A stretch of 64,000 nt of DNA. Source: Nemertoderma westbladi (taxonomy: Eukaryota > Animalia > Xenacoelomorpha). This document shows, in pieces, positions 12,120-26,568 of the stretch. The position numbers and the translations under genes were made by a program. Each line of letters opens with the position of its first letter. The stretch's first letter is position 1. Where the stretch lies: positions 24,550-88,549 of the forward strand of contig JAUCBJ010009081.1 of NCBI GenBank assembly GCA_032718475.1, read 5' to 3'. The notes beneath the pieces are model-generated. The model saw only the letters and a list, made by a program, of their open reading frames with translations, ran no database searches and was not told where the DNA came from.

Positions 12120-15100
12120 TCCCTACCCTCACTTCGTCCCAACTCCCCTCCGATCTCTCTAACATCACTGTGTCCCAAATCCTCTCTGATCTCCCTGCAC
12201 TCTCTGCATCCCAAATCCTCTCTGATCTCCCTACACTCTCTGCGTCCCAAATCCTCTCTGATCTCCCTACACTCTCTGCGTCCCAAATCCTCTCTGATCT
12301 CCCTACACTCTCTGCGTCCCAAATCCTCTCTGATCTCCCTACACTCTCTGCGTCCCAAATCCTCTCTGATCTCCCTACACTCTCTGCATCCCAAATCCTC
12401 TCTGATCTCCCTACACTCTGTGCATCCCAAATCCTCTCTGATCTACCTACACTCTCTGCGTCCCAAATCCTCTCTGATCTCCCTACACTCTCTGCGTCCC
12501 AAATCCTCTCTGATCTCCCTACACTCACTGCGTCCCAAATCCTCTCTGATCTCCCTACACTCTCTGCGTCCCAAATCCTCTCTGATCTCCCTACACTCTC
12601 TGCGTCCCAAATCCTCTCTGATCTCCCTACACTCTGTGCATCACAAACTCCTCTCTGATCTCCCTACACTCTCTGCATCCCAAATCCTCTCTGATCTCCC
12701 TACACTCTCTGCGTCCCAAACTCCCCTCCGATCTCCCTACACTCTCTGCATCCCAAATCCTCTCCGATCTCCCTACACTCTCTGCATCCCAAATCCTCTC
12801 CGATCTCCCTGCACTCTCTGCGTCCCAAACTCCTCTCTGATCTCCCTATACTCTCTGCGTCCCAAATCCTCTCTGATCTCCCTATACTCTCTGCATCCCA
12901 AATCCTCTCCGATCTCCCTGCACTCTCTGCGTCCCAAATCCTCTCTGATCTCCCTACACTCTCTGCGTCCCAAATCCTCTCTGATCTCCCTACACTCTCT
13001 GCGTCCCAAATCCTCTCTGATCTCCCTACACTCTCTGCGTCCCAAATCCTCTCTGATCTCCCTACACTCTCTGCATCCCAAATCCTCTCTGATCTCCCTA
13101 CACTCTGTGCATCCCAAATCCTCTCTGATCTACCTACACTCTCTGCATCACAAACTCCTCTCTGATCTCCCTACACTCTCTGCATCCCAAATCCTCTCTG
13201 ATCTCCCTACACTCACTGTGTCCCAAATCCTCTCTGATCTCCCTACACTCTCTGCGTCCCAAATCCTCTCTGATCTCCCTACACTCTCTGCGTCCCAAAT
13301 CCTCTCTGATCTCCCTACACTCTCTGCGTCCCAAATCCTCTCTGATCTCCCTACACTCTCTGCGTCCCAAATCCTCTCTGATCTCCCTACACTCTCTGCG
13401 TCCCAAATCATCTCTGATCTCCCTATACTCTCTGCGTCCCAAACTCCTCTCTGATCTCCCTACACTCTCTGCGTCCCAAATCCTCTCTGATCTCCCTACA
13501 CTCTCTGCATCCCAAATCCTCTCTGATCTCCCTACACTCTCTGCGTCCCAAATCCTCTCTGATCTCCCTACACTCTCTGTGTCCCAAATCATCTCTGATC
13601 TCCCTATACTCTCTGCGTCCCAAATCATCTCTGATCTCCCTATACTCTCTGCGTCCCAAACTCCTCTCTGATCTCCCTACACTCTCTGCGTCCCAAATCC
13701 TCTCTGATCTCCCTACACTCACTGCGTCCCAAATCCTCTCTGATCTCCCTACACTCTCTGCGTCCCAAATCCTCTCTGATCTCCCTACACTCACTGCGTC
13801 CCAAACTCCTCTCTGATCTCCCTATACTCTCTGCGTCCCAAACTCCTCTCTGATCTCCCTACACTCTCTGCGTCCCAAATCCTCTCTGATCTCCCTACAC
13901 TCTCTGCATCCCAAATCCTCTCTGATCTCCTTACACTCTCTGCATCCCAAATCCTCTCTGATCTCCCTACACTCTCTGCGTCCCAAATCCTCTCTGATCT
14001 CCCTACACTCACTGCGTCCCAAATCCTCTCTGATCTCCTTACACTCTCTGCGTCCCAAACTCCTCTCTGATCTCCCTACACTCTCTGCGTCCCAAATCAT
14101 CTCTGATCTCCCTATACTCTCTGCGTCCCAAATCATCTCTGATCTCCCTATACTCTCTGCGTCACAAACTCCTCTCTGATCTCCCTACACTATCTGCGTC
14201 CCAAATCCTCTCTGATCTCCCTACACTCTCTGCGTCCCAAATCCTCTCTGATCTCCCTACACTCTCTGCGTGCCAAATCCTCTCTGATTTCCCTACACTC
14301 TCTGCGTCCCAAATCCTCTCTGATCTCCCTACACTCTCTGCGTCCCAAATCCTCTCTGATCTCCTTACACTCTCTGCGTCCCAAATCCTCTCTGATCTCC
14401 CTACATTCTCTGCGTCCCAAATCCTCTCTGATCTCCCTACACTCTCTGCGTCCCAAATCCTCTCTGATCTCCCTACACTCTCTGCGTCCCAAATCCTCTA
14501 TGATCTCCCTACACTCTCTGCGTCCCAAATCCTCTCTGATCTCCCTATACTCTCTGCATCCCAAATCCTCTCTGATCTCCCTGCACTCACTGCGTCCGAA
14601 ATCCTTTCTGATCTCCCTACACTCTCTGCGTACCAAATCCTCTATGATCTCCCTACACTCTCTGCATCCCAAATCCTCTCTGATCTCCATACACTATCTG
14701 CATCCCAAATCCTCTCTGATCTCCCTGCACGCACTGCGTCCGAAATCCTTTCTGATCTCCCTACACTCTCTGCGTACCAAATCCTCTATGATCTCCCTAC
14801 ACTCTCTGCATCCCAAATCCTCTCTGATCTCCCTACACTCACTGCGTCCGAAATCCTTTCTGATCTCCCTACACTCTCTGCGTACCAAATCCTCTCTGAT
14901 CTCCCTACACTCTCTGCGTCCCAAATCCTCTCTGATCTCCCTACACTCTCTGCGTCCCAAATCCTCTCCGATCTCCCTACACTCTCTGCATCCCAAATCC
15001 TCTCTGATCTCCCTACACTCACTGCGTCCGATATCCTCTATGATCTCCCTACACTCACTGCGTCCCAAATCCTTTCTGATCTCCCTACACTCTCTGCATC

Positions 15101-18100
15101 CCAAATCCTCTCTGATCTCCCTACACTCTCTGCGTCCCAAATCCTCTCCGATCTCCTTACACTCACTGCGTCCCAAATCCTCTCTGATCTCCCTACCCAC
15201 ACTTCATCCCAAACTCCTCTCTGATCTCCCTACACTCTCTGCGTCCCAAATCCTCTCTGATCTCCCTACACTCTCTGCGTCCCAAATCCTCTCTGATCTC
15301 CATACACTCTCTGCATCCCAAATCCTCTCTGATCTCCCTACACTCTCTGCATCACAAACTCCTCTCTGATCTCCCTACACTCACTGCGTCCCAAATCCTT
15401 TCTGATCTCCCTACACTCTCTGCGTCCCAAATCCTCTCTGATCTCCCTACACTCTATGCGTCCCAAATCATCTCTGATCTCCCTATACTCTCTGCGTCCC
15501 AAATCATCTCTGATCTCCCTATACTCTCTGCGTCCCAAACTCCTCTCTGATCTCCCTACACTCTCTGCGTCCCAAATCCTCTCTGATCTCCCTACACTCT
15601 CTGCATCCCAAATCCTCTCTGATCTCCCTACACTCTCTGCGTCCCAAATCCTCTCTGATCTCCCTACACTCTCTGCGTCCCAAACTCCCCTCTGATCTCC
15701 CTACACTCTCTGCGTCCCAAATCCTCTCTGATCTCCCTACACTCTCTGCATCCCAAATCCTCTCTGATCTCCCTACACTCACTGCGTCCCAAATCCTCTC
15801 TGATCTCCCTACACTCTCTGCATCCCAAATCCTCTCTGATCTCCCTACACTCTCTGCGTCCCAAATCCTCTCTGATCTCCCTACACTCACTGCGTCCCAA
15901 ATCCTCTCTGATCTCCCTACACTCTCTGCGTCCCAAATCCTCTCTGATCTCCCTACACTCACTGCGTCCCAAACTCCTCTCTGATCTCCCTATACTCTCT
16001 GCGTCCCAAACTCCTCTCTGATCTCCCTACACTCTCTGCGTCCCAAATCCTCTCTGATCTCCCTACACTCTCTGCATCCCAAATCCTCTCTGATCTCCTT
16101 ACACTCTCTGCATCCCAAATCCTCTCTGATCTCCCTACACTCTCTGCGTCCCAAATCCTCTCTAATCTCCCTACACTCACTGCGTCCCAAATCCTCTCTG
16201 ATCTCCCTACACTCTCTGCATCACAAACTCCTCTCTGATCTCCCTACACTCACTGCGTCCCAAATCCTTTCTGATCTCCCTACACTCTCTGCGTCCCAAA
16301 TCCTCTCTGATCTCCCTACACTCTATGCGTCCCAAATCATCTCTGATCTCCCTATACTCTCTGCGTCCCAAATCATCTCTGATCTCCCTATACTCTCTGC
16401 GTCCCAAACTCCTCTCTGATCTCCCTACACTCTCTGCGTCCCAAATCCTCTCTGATCTCCCTACACTCTCTGCATCCCAAATCCTCTCTGATCTCCCTAC
16501 ACTCTCTGCGTCCCAAATCCTCTCTGATCTCCCTACACTCTCTGCGTCCCAAACTCCCCTCTGATCTCCCTACACTCTCTGCGTCCCAAATCCTCTCTGA
16601 TCTCCCTACACTCTCTGCATCCCAAATCCTCTCTGATCTCCCTACACTCACTGCGTCCCAAATCCTCTCTGATCTCCCTACACTCTCTGCATCCCAAATC
16701 CTCTCTGATCTCCCTACACTCTCTGCGTCCCAAATCCTCTCTGATCTCCCTACACTCACTGCGTCCCAAATCCTCTCTGATCTCCCTACACTCTCTGCGT
16801 CCCAAATCCTCTCTGATCTCCCTACACTCACTGCGTCCCAAACTCCTCTCTGATCTCCCTATACTCTCTGCGTCCCAAACTCCTCTCTGATCTCCCTACA
16901 CTCTCTGCGTCCCAAATCCTCTCTGATCTCCCTACACTCTCTGCATCCCAAATCCTCTCTGATCTCCTTACACTCTCTGCATCCCAAATCCTCTCTGATC
17001 TCCCTACACTCTCTGCGTCCCAAATCCTCTCTGATCTCCCTACACTCTCTGTGTCCCAAATCATCTCTGATCTCCCTATACTCTCTGCGTCCCAAATCAT
17101 CTCTGATCTCCCTATACTCTCTGCGTCCCAAACTCCTCTCTGATCTCCCTACACTCTCTGCGTCCCAAATCCTCTCTGATCTCCCTACACTCACTGCGTC
17201 CCAAATCCTCTCTGATCTCCCTACACTCTCTGCGTCCCAAATCCTCTCTGATCTCCCTACACTCACTGCGTCCCAAACTCCTCTCTGATCTCCCTATACT
17301 CTCTGCGTCCCAAACTCCTCTCTGATCTCCCTACACTCTCTGCGTCCCAAATCCTCTCTGATCTCCCTACACTCTCTGCATCCCAAATCCTCTCTGATCT
17401 CCTTACACTCTCTGCATCCCAAATCCTCTCTGATCTCCCTACACTCTCTGCGTCCCAAATCCTCTCTGATCTCCCTACACTCACTGCGTCCCAAATCCTC
17501 TCTGATCTCCTTACACTCTCTGCGTCCCAAACTCCTCTCTGATCTCCCTACACTCTCTGCGTCCCAAATCATCTCTGATCTCCCTATACTCTCTGCGTCC
17601 CAAATCATCTCTGATCTCCCTATACTCTCTGCGTCACAAACTCCTCTCTGATCTCCCTACACTATCTGCGTCCCAAATCCTCTCTGATCTCCCTACACTC
17701 TCTGCGTCCCAAATCCTCTCTGATCTCCCTACACTCTCTGCGTGCCAAATCCTCTCTGATTTCCCTACACTCTCTGCGTCCCAAATCCTCTCTGATCTCC
17801 CTACACTCTCTGCGTCCCAAATCCTCTCTGATCTCCTTACACTCTCTGCGTCCCAAATCCTCTCTGATCTCCCTACATTCTCTGCGTCCCAAATCCTCTC
17901 TGATCTCCCTACACTCTCTGCGTCCCAAATCCTCTCTGATCTCCCTACACTCTCTGCGTCCCAAATCCTCTATGATCTCCCTACACTCTCTGCGTCCCAA
18001 ATCCTCTCTGATCTCCCTATACTCTCTGCATCCCAAATCCTCTCTGATCTCCCTGCACTCACTGCGTCCGAAATCCTTTCTGATCTCCCTACACTCTCTG

Positions 18101-21100
18101 CGTACCAAATCCTCTATGATCTCCCTACACTCTCTGCATCCCAAATCCTCTCTGATCTCCATACACTATCTGCATCCCAAATCCTCTCTGATCTCCCTGC
18201 ACGCACTGCGTCCGAAATCCTTTCTGATCTCCCTACACTCTCTGCGTACCAAATCCTCTATGATCTCCCTACACTCTCTGCATCCCAAATCCTCTCTGAT
18301 CTCCCTACACTCACTGCGTCCGAAATCCTTTCTGATCTCCCTACACTCTCTGCGTACCAAATCCTCTCTGATCTCCCTACACTCTCTGCGTCCCAAATCC
18401 TCTCTGATCTCCCTACACTCTCTGCGTCCCAAATCCTCTCCGATCTCCCTACACTCTCTGCATCCCAAATCCTCTCTGATCTCCCTACACTCACTGCGTC
18501 CGATATCCTCTATGATCTCCCTACACTCACTGCGTCCCAAATCCTTTCTGATCTCCCTACACTCTCTGCATCCCAAATCCTCTCTGATCTCCCTACACTC
18601 TCTGCGTCCCAAATCCTCTCCGATCTCCTTACACTCACTGCGTCCCAAATCCTCTCTGATCTCCCTACCCACACTTCATCCCAAACTCCTCTCTGATCTC
18701 CCTACACTCTCTGCGTCCCAAATCCTCTCTGATCTCCCTACACTCTCTGCGTCCCAAATCCTCTCTGATCTCCATACACTCTCTGCATCCCAAATCCTCT
18801 CTGATCTCCCTACACTCTCTGCATCACAAACTCCTCTCTGATCTCCCTACACTCACTGCGTCCCAAATCCTTTCTGATCTCCCTACACTCTCTGCGTCCC
18901 AAATCCTCTCTGATCTCCCTACACTCTATGCGTCCCAAATCATCTCTGATCTCCCTATACTCTCTGCGTCCCAAATCATCTCTGATCTCCCTATACTCTC
19001 TGCGTCCCAAACTCCTCTCTGATCTCCCTACACTCTCTGCGTCCCAAATCCTCTCTGATCTCCCTACACTCTCTGCATCCCAAATCCTCTCTGATCTCCC
19101 TACACTCTCTGCGTCCCAAATCCTCTCTGATCTCCCTACACTCTCTGCGTCCCAAACTCCCCTCTGATCTCCCTACACTCTCTGCGTCCCAAATCCTCTC
19201 TGATCTCCCTACACTCTCTGCATCCCAAATCCTCTCTGATCTCCCTACACTCACTGCGTCCCAAATCCTCTCTGATCTCCCTACACTCTCTGCATCCCAA
19301 ATCCTCTCTGATCTCCCTACACTCTCTGCGTCCCAAATCCTCTCTGATCTCCCTACACTCACTGCGTCCCAAATCCTCTCTGATCTCCCTACACTCTCTG
19401 CGTCCCAAATCCTCTCTGATCTCCCTACACTCACTGCGTCCCAAACTCCTCTCTGATCTCCCTATACTCTCTGCGTCCCAAACTCCTCTCTGATCTCCCT
19501 ACACTCTCTGCGTCCCAAATCCTCTCTGATCTCCCTACACTCTCTGCATCCCAAATCCTCTCTGATCTCCTTACACTCTCTGCATCCCAAATCCTCTCTG
19601 ATCTCCCTACACTCTCTGCGTCCCAAATCCTCTCTAATCTCCCTACACTCACTGCGTCCCAAATCCTCTCTGATCTCCCTACACTCTCTGCATCACAAAC
19701 TCCTCTCTGATCTCCCTACACTCACTGCGTCCCAAATCCTTTCTGATCTCCCTACACTCTCTGCGTCCCAAATCCTCTCTGATCTCCCTACACTCTATGC
19801 GTCCCAAATCATCTCTGATCTCCCTATACTCTCTGCGTCCCAAATCATCTCTGATCTCCCTATACTCTCTGCGTCCCAAACTCCTCTCTGATCTCCCTAC
19901 ACTCTCTGCGTCCCAAATCCTCTCTGATCTCCCTACACTCTCTGCATCCCAAATCCTCTCTGATCTCCCTACACTCTCTGCGTCCCAAATCCTCTCTGAT
20001 CTCCCTACACTCTCTGCGTCCCAAACTCCCCTCTGATCTCCCTACACTCTCTGCGTCCCAAATCCTCTCTGATCTCCCTACACTCTCTGCATCCCAAATC
20101 CTCTCTGATCTCCCTACACTCACTGCGTCCCAAATCCTCTCTGATCTCCCTACACTCTCTGCATCCCAAATCCTCTCTGATCTCCCTACACTCTCTGCGT
20201 CCCAAATCCTCTCTGATCTCCCTACACTCACTGCGTCCCAAATCCTCTCTGATCTCCCTACACTCTCTGCGTCCCAAATCCTCTCTGATCTCCCTACACT
20301 CACTGCGTCCCAAACTCCTCTCTGATCTCCCTATACTCTCTGCGTCCCAAACTCCTCTCTGATCTCCCTACACTCTCTGCGTCCCAAATCCTCTCTGATC
20401 TCCCTACACTCTCTGCATCCCAAATCCTCTCTGATCTCCTTACACTCTCTGCATCCCAAATCCTCTCTGATCTCCCTACACTCTCTGCGTCCCAAATCCT
20501 CTCTGATCTCCCTACACTCACTGCGTCCCAAATCCTCTCTGATCTCCTTACACTCTCTGCGTCCCAAACTCCTCTCTGATCTCCCTACACTCTCTGCGTC
20601 CCAAATCATCTCTGATCTCCCTATACTCTCTGCGTCCCAAATCATCTCTGATCTCTCTATACTCTCTGCGTCACAAACTCCTCTCTGATCTCCCTACACT
20701 ATCTGCGTCCCAAATCCTCTCTGATCTCCCTACACTCTCTGCGTCCCAAATCCTCTCTGATCTCCCTACACTCTCTGCGTGCCAAATCCTCTCTGATTTC
20801 CCTACACTCTCTGCGTCCCAAATCCTCTCTGATCTCCCTACACTCTCTGCGTCCCAAATCCTCTCTGATCTCCTTACACTCTCTGCGTCCCAAATCCTCT
20901 CTGATCTCCCTACATTCTCTGCGTCCCAAATCCTCTCTGATCTCCCTACACTCTCTGCGTCCCAAATCCTCTCTGATCTCCCTACACTCTCTGCGTCCCA
21001 AATCCTCTATGATCTCCCTACACTCTCTGCGTCCCAAATCCTCTCTGATCTCCCTATACTCTCTGCATCCCAAATCCTCTCTGATCTCCCTGCACTCACT

Positions 21101-23712
21101 GCGTCCGAAATCCTTTCTGATCTCCCTACACTCTCTGCGTACCAAATCCTCTATGATCTCCCTACACTCTCTGCATCCCAAATCCTCTCTGATCTCCATA
21201 CACTATCTGCATCCCAAATCCTCTCTGATCTCCCTGCACTCACTGCGTCCGAAATCCTCTCTGATCTCCCTACACTCTCTGCGTACCAAATCCTCTATGA
21301 TCTCCCTACACTCTCTGCATCCCAAATCCTCTCTGATCTCCCTACACTCACTGCGTCCGAAATCCTTTCTGATCTCCCTACACTCTCTGCGTACCAAATC
21401 CTCTCTGATCTCCCTACACTCTCTGCGTCCCAAATCCTCTCTGATCTCCCTACACTCTCTGCGTCCCAAATCCTCTCCGATCTCCCTACACTCTCTGCAT
21501 CCCAAATCCTCTCTGATCTCCCTACACTCACTGCGTCCGATATCCTCTATGATCTCCCTACACTCACTGCGTCCCAAATCCTTTCTGATCTCCCTACACT
21601 CTCTGCGTCCCAAATCCTCTCTGATCTCCCTACACTCTCTGCGTCCCAAATCCTCTCCGATCTCCTTACACTCACTGCGTCCCAAATCCTCTCTGATCTC
21701 CCTACCCACACTTCATCCCAAACTCCTCTCTGATCTCCCTACACTCTCTGCGTCCCAAATCCTCTCTGATCTCCCTACACTCTCTGCGTCCCAAATCCTC
21801 TCTGATCTCCATACACTCTCTGCATCCCAAATCCTCTCTGATCTCCCTACACTCTCTGCATCACAAACTCCTCTCTGATCTCCCTACACTCACTGCGTCC
21901 CAAATCCTTTCTGATCTCCCTACACTCTCTGCGTCCCAAATCCTCTCTGATCTCCCTACACTCTATGCGTCCCAAATCATCTCTGATCTCCCTATACTCT
22001 CTGCGTCCCAAATCATCTCTGATCTCCCTATACTCTCTGCGTCCCAAACTCCTCTCTGATCTCCCTACACTCTCTGCGTCCCAAATCCTCTCTGATCTCC
22101 CTACACTCTCTGCGTCCCAAATCCTCTCTGATCTCCCTACACTCTCTGCGTCCCAAATCCTCTCTGATCTCCCTACACTCTCTGCGTCCCAAACTCCCCT
22201 CTGATCTCCCTACACTCTCTGCGTCCCAAATCCTCTCTGATCTCCCTACACTCTCTGCATCCCAAATCCTCTCTGATCTCCCTACACTCACTGCGTCCCA
22301 AATCCTCTCTGATCTCCCTACACTCTCTGCGTCCCAAATCCTCTCTGATCTTCCTACACTCTCTGCGTCCCAAATCCTCTCTGATCTCCCTACACTCTCT
22401 GCGTCCCAAATCCTCTCTGATCTCCCTACACTCTCTGCGTCCCAAATCCTCTCTGATCTCCCTACACTCTCTGCGTCCCAAACTCCTCTCTGATCTCCCT
22501 ACACTCTCTGCGTCCCAAATCCTCTCTGATCTCCCTACACTCTCTGCATCCCAAATCCTCTCTGATCTCCCTACACTTTCTGCGTCCCAAATCCTCTCTG
22601 ATCTCCCTACACTCTCTGTGTCCCAAATCATCTCTGATCTCCCTATACTCTCTGCGTCCCAAATCATCTCTGATCTCCCTATACTCTCTGCGTCCCAAAC
22701 TCCTCTCTGATCTCCCTACACTCTCTGCGTCCCAAATCCTCTCTGATCTCCCTACACTCACTGCGTCCCAAATCCTCTCTGATCTCCCTACACTCTCTGC
22801 GTCCCAAATCCTCTCTGATCTCCCTACACTCACTGCGTCCCAAACTCCTCTCTGATCTCCCTATACTCTCTGCGTCCCAAACTCCTCTCTGATCTCCCTA
22901 CACTCTCTGCGTCCCAAATCCTCTCTGATCTCCCTACACTCTCTGCATCCCAAATCCTCTCTGATCTCCTTACACTCTCTGCATCCCAAATCCTCTCTGA
23001 TCTCCCTACACTCTCTGCGTCCCAAATCCTCTCTGATCTCCCTACACTCACTGCGTCCCAAATCCTCTCTGATCTCCTTACACTCTCTGCGCCCCAAACT
23101 CCTCTCTGATCTCCCTACACTCTCTGCGTCCCAAATCATCTCTGATCTCCCTATACTCTCTGCGTCCCAAATCATCTCTGATCTCCCTATACTCTCTGCG
23201 TCCCAAACTCCTCTCTGATCTCCCTACACTATCTGCGTCCCAAATCCTCTCTGATCTCCCTACACTCTCTGCGTCCCAAATCCTCTCTGATCTCCCTACA
23301 CTCTCTGCGTCCCAAATCCTCTCTGATTTCCCTACACTCTCTGCGTCCCAAATCCTCTCTGATCTCCCTACACTCTCTGCGTCCCAAATCCTCTCTGATC
23401 TCCTTACAATCTCTGCGTCCCAAATCCTCTCTGATCTCCCTACATTCTCTGCGTCCCAAATCCTCTCTGATCTCCCTACACTCTCTGCGTCCCAAATCCT
23501 CTCTGATCTCCTTACACTCTCTGCGTCCCAAATCCTCTCTGATCTCCCTACATTCTCTGCGTCCCAAATCCTCTCTGATCTCCCTACACTCACTGCGTCC
23601 GAACTCAGCTCTGATCTCTCTACACTCTCCGAATCCCAAATCCTCTCTGATCTCCCTACATTCACTGCGTCCGAACTCCGCTCTGATCTCCCTACACTCT
23701 CTGCGTCCCATA
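12120..23712. repeat. ~11.5-kb intronic minisatellite, 36-bp unit (cccaaatcctctctgatctccctacactctctgcgt), ~320 copies, with higher-order repeats
   Basis: Direct reading; 37-bp (aaactcc) variants; degenerate edges; variant blocks recur at offsets of 869, 3472 and 3037 bp. Confidence 0.97.
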
Positions 23713-24134
23713 TACGAAATTTTCGTAGAGAAAAATCAGAAAATTTCATAGATTAGAGCCTCATGACTTAAGGTTTAGGGTTAAATTACTGCTTTAATCA
23801 TGGTTTGTGCCTGACCAACAAACCCTAACCTTAAAAAAATTCAATATCCCAGTCAGTACCTACATAACACCCCAATAACCAAGTCATTAAGCAACACTGC
23901 ATTGTCATTATGCTGCTCCTACAGACCTGCACATTGTATACAAACTCTTTTTGCTAAATGAGAGCAGGCTTTAATTTAATCAAAATTTACAGCGCCCGTC
24001 GCACATTTTCATTTAACACCCCAGCAACATCAGCTTGGCAATAATTGAAGATGTGGTACCCATTATGCCAATCTTGATTACATTGAAATACGAAATGGCT
24101 CACGAAAGTGATACTTATCAATATTATTTTGTAG

Positions 24135-25073
24135 AACAAATACAAGGTGGAGAAAGCAGCTCAAGAAATACTTAATACTCATCCAATACTCATGGATGAC
24201 GAGAACATGGAACATTATCTGCATGAAAATAATTCTATGGAATCAGTAGTGGAAAGGGATGCTCCGATGCGCAGTGAAATTCCCTGCAAAATATTTAATG
24301 ACAATGATGAATCCGGTCTTTATAAAAGTGAACAGTATTCGCTAGGTGGGTATGTTTATTGCGATCTGGACACAGATGGGGGACCTTGGTTGGTAATCCA
24401 ACGACGCGTCGACAAATCAGTCGACTTCTTTCGCAACTGGGCAAACTACAAGGCAGGATTTGGAAATGTGAGTAATAACTTCTTCCTTGGATTGGAGACT
24501 ATTCATCAACTTTCTAAAGGTGGTGTTCCAATGCGAATTGATTTGTGGTCAGATATAAGCTCTGCTCCTTCTGATGAATTTAAAAGTCAAGTTTTGAACT
24601 ACTATTGTGGTGGAGCATTTGAAAATGCATATGGCTTTAAATTACCATTTTGCACCCAGGAACACATGTATGCTTACTATAACAATTTCAGTGTAGGTTC
24701 TGCAGCAACTAATTACACATTAAATGCTTCGGGGTATTCTGGCAATGCAGGGGATATGATTGTAGGTGAGGTGGGTCTCAATCCTGTTCACAAACCAATC
24801 CAGGATTCTGACAGGAGATTTTATCCCAACAGTCAGCCATTCAGTTCATTTGATCACAACAGTGGCGTGATTAGAGAACTACCTCAACCCAATTATTTTG
24901 ATGAAAAAGAGACCAACTGTGGCCGCCAATTCCAATCGGGTTGGTGGTTTGCTCCTGGAAAATGTGCGTGGGGAACGAACTTAAATGATATAATGATAAG
25001 ACTATATTGGCGATCATATGCAGGATTTTATCCACTGGAAAAGGTAGAAATCAAGATCAAAGTAGACAATTAT
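24135..25073 (+). CDS. Exon 2: fibrinogen C-terminal (FReD) domain 1 with loop insertions
   Basis: VYCDLDTDGGPWLVIQRR..SVDFFRNWANYKAGFG..FFLGLETIHQL..GYSGNAGD..SGWWF; tttgtAG acceptor in frame; phase-0 GTgagt donor at 25074. Confidence 0.88.
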
Positions 25074-26568
25074 GTGAGTTGCTATTTTTTATATACAATA
25101 ATTCATTTCTCATTTATTAAAATATGTTTATAATTTCCCATGCTGAGGTTGAGGTCTGCCGCTTCTACCTTAGTCTATATGATCCTCTCTGCTTCATATG
25201 AACTGCTCCCTGTGATTGAGAGAACGGCTGCAGAATCTCCATACAAAAGGGAACAGATTGTCTAAAATTAAACTGTTAAGGTTAGAAAAATTCGAAAAAT
25301 TGAATTTAGAGCAAAATTTGTTGGTGAATACAAAACTTCAAATGGTTTCTCAACATATTTTCTTAGATTTAAAGATATAGCTGTTTAATTTCGTGTATTT
25401 TTCTAACTAAAAATGAATTTTTCGCAATAAAAATCTATATCCTCCTATTTTGTCCTTATTTATGCTTCGCAGTTTTATTTCTTTAACAGGATTTATGTTT
25501 GTGTCTACAGAATATTAGGGCGGATTTTCAAAATATTTATTTTCTTATTGTCTCCAACTTGTGCAGTCTCAAGGCAGTAACTCCCTTGTGCTAAACAAAA
25601 CCGACACACCAACAACAGCTCAAGGCAGATTTATAAATAATAATAATAATAATAATAATAATTTCTTTATTGATCCTTAAAACCAGAGAATTTATGATAA
25701 AAAATTGCACTGGGCATTCAATGTATACACACTAAATGATTATTTGGAACAATAGCGTCAGTGTACAGGAGCAACTAAGTTACTCCTATGTATGTAATAC
25801 CGGAAATAAGACATGTGTTAAGTACAGTAGATATAATAAATAAAAAAAAAAAAAAAAAAAATTTTCAGTTGAGCACAAATATTACTACCCCCCCCCCCAC
25901 CCCCGCTGAACCATGCAGAAACCTTGGTTTCGTTATGGAGCAGCTACCCCCCCCCCCCCCCCCCCTTGGCAGACAATAAAGAGCCTCCAGCTAAGTTACT
26001 TCTTCTCGACTGTATTTACTTAGAAATATATTTTTCAAATGTCGTTTAATCGCCGTTAAATCCGCCGCCATAACAATTATAATCTACCTAACATTACGTG
26101 GAAGTCAGTAAACTTGCATTTATATACATCAAGTCACAAAACCATAACCCATCGAGATGAGTTAGTGAACCTGAACAGTGAATGGTCTGGAAGCGTTGGG
26201 AAATCTACAGTGATGATGAGTTTGTGACAGTACACCCTGACGAGACACGACCCGGAAAAATATTAGTGGAGCTATGCAAGACCAACACACCTGATAATCA
26301 ACACCACCGAATGGGAAAGAAGAAATAGTGGGGTTACAGCTGACAACAACTACGCTATGAGCATAACAATACTCACATGCACGAGTGAGCCGGAAGTGGG
26401 TATGGAGACAGGACCACCGGGGAACCACGTCCCATAGTCCATCACCCAACCACATCAATCATGTGATATTATACCTGATATTTAACATTTTTTTTTAATT
26501 TTGAACCTTTTTTAGACATAATTACACAATTCTTTGTTGTTGTGCTGATAAAAGCTGTTCTATTGCAG

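Noticed and set aside
11995-23749. Many repeat-protein ORFs (SQILSDLPTLSA, ECREIREDLGRR and others)
   Set aside because: Artefacts of a 36-bp unit; frequent 37-bp variants shift frames, and the flanking exons splice in phase across the array.
23773-23832. Telomere-like ttaggg/ccctaa motifs beside the minisatellite
   Set aside because: Only single units; expected by chance or from common repeats.
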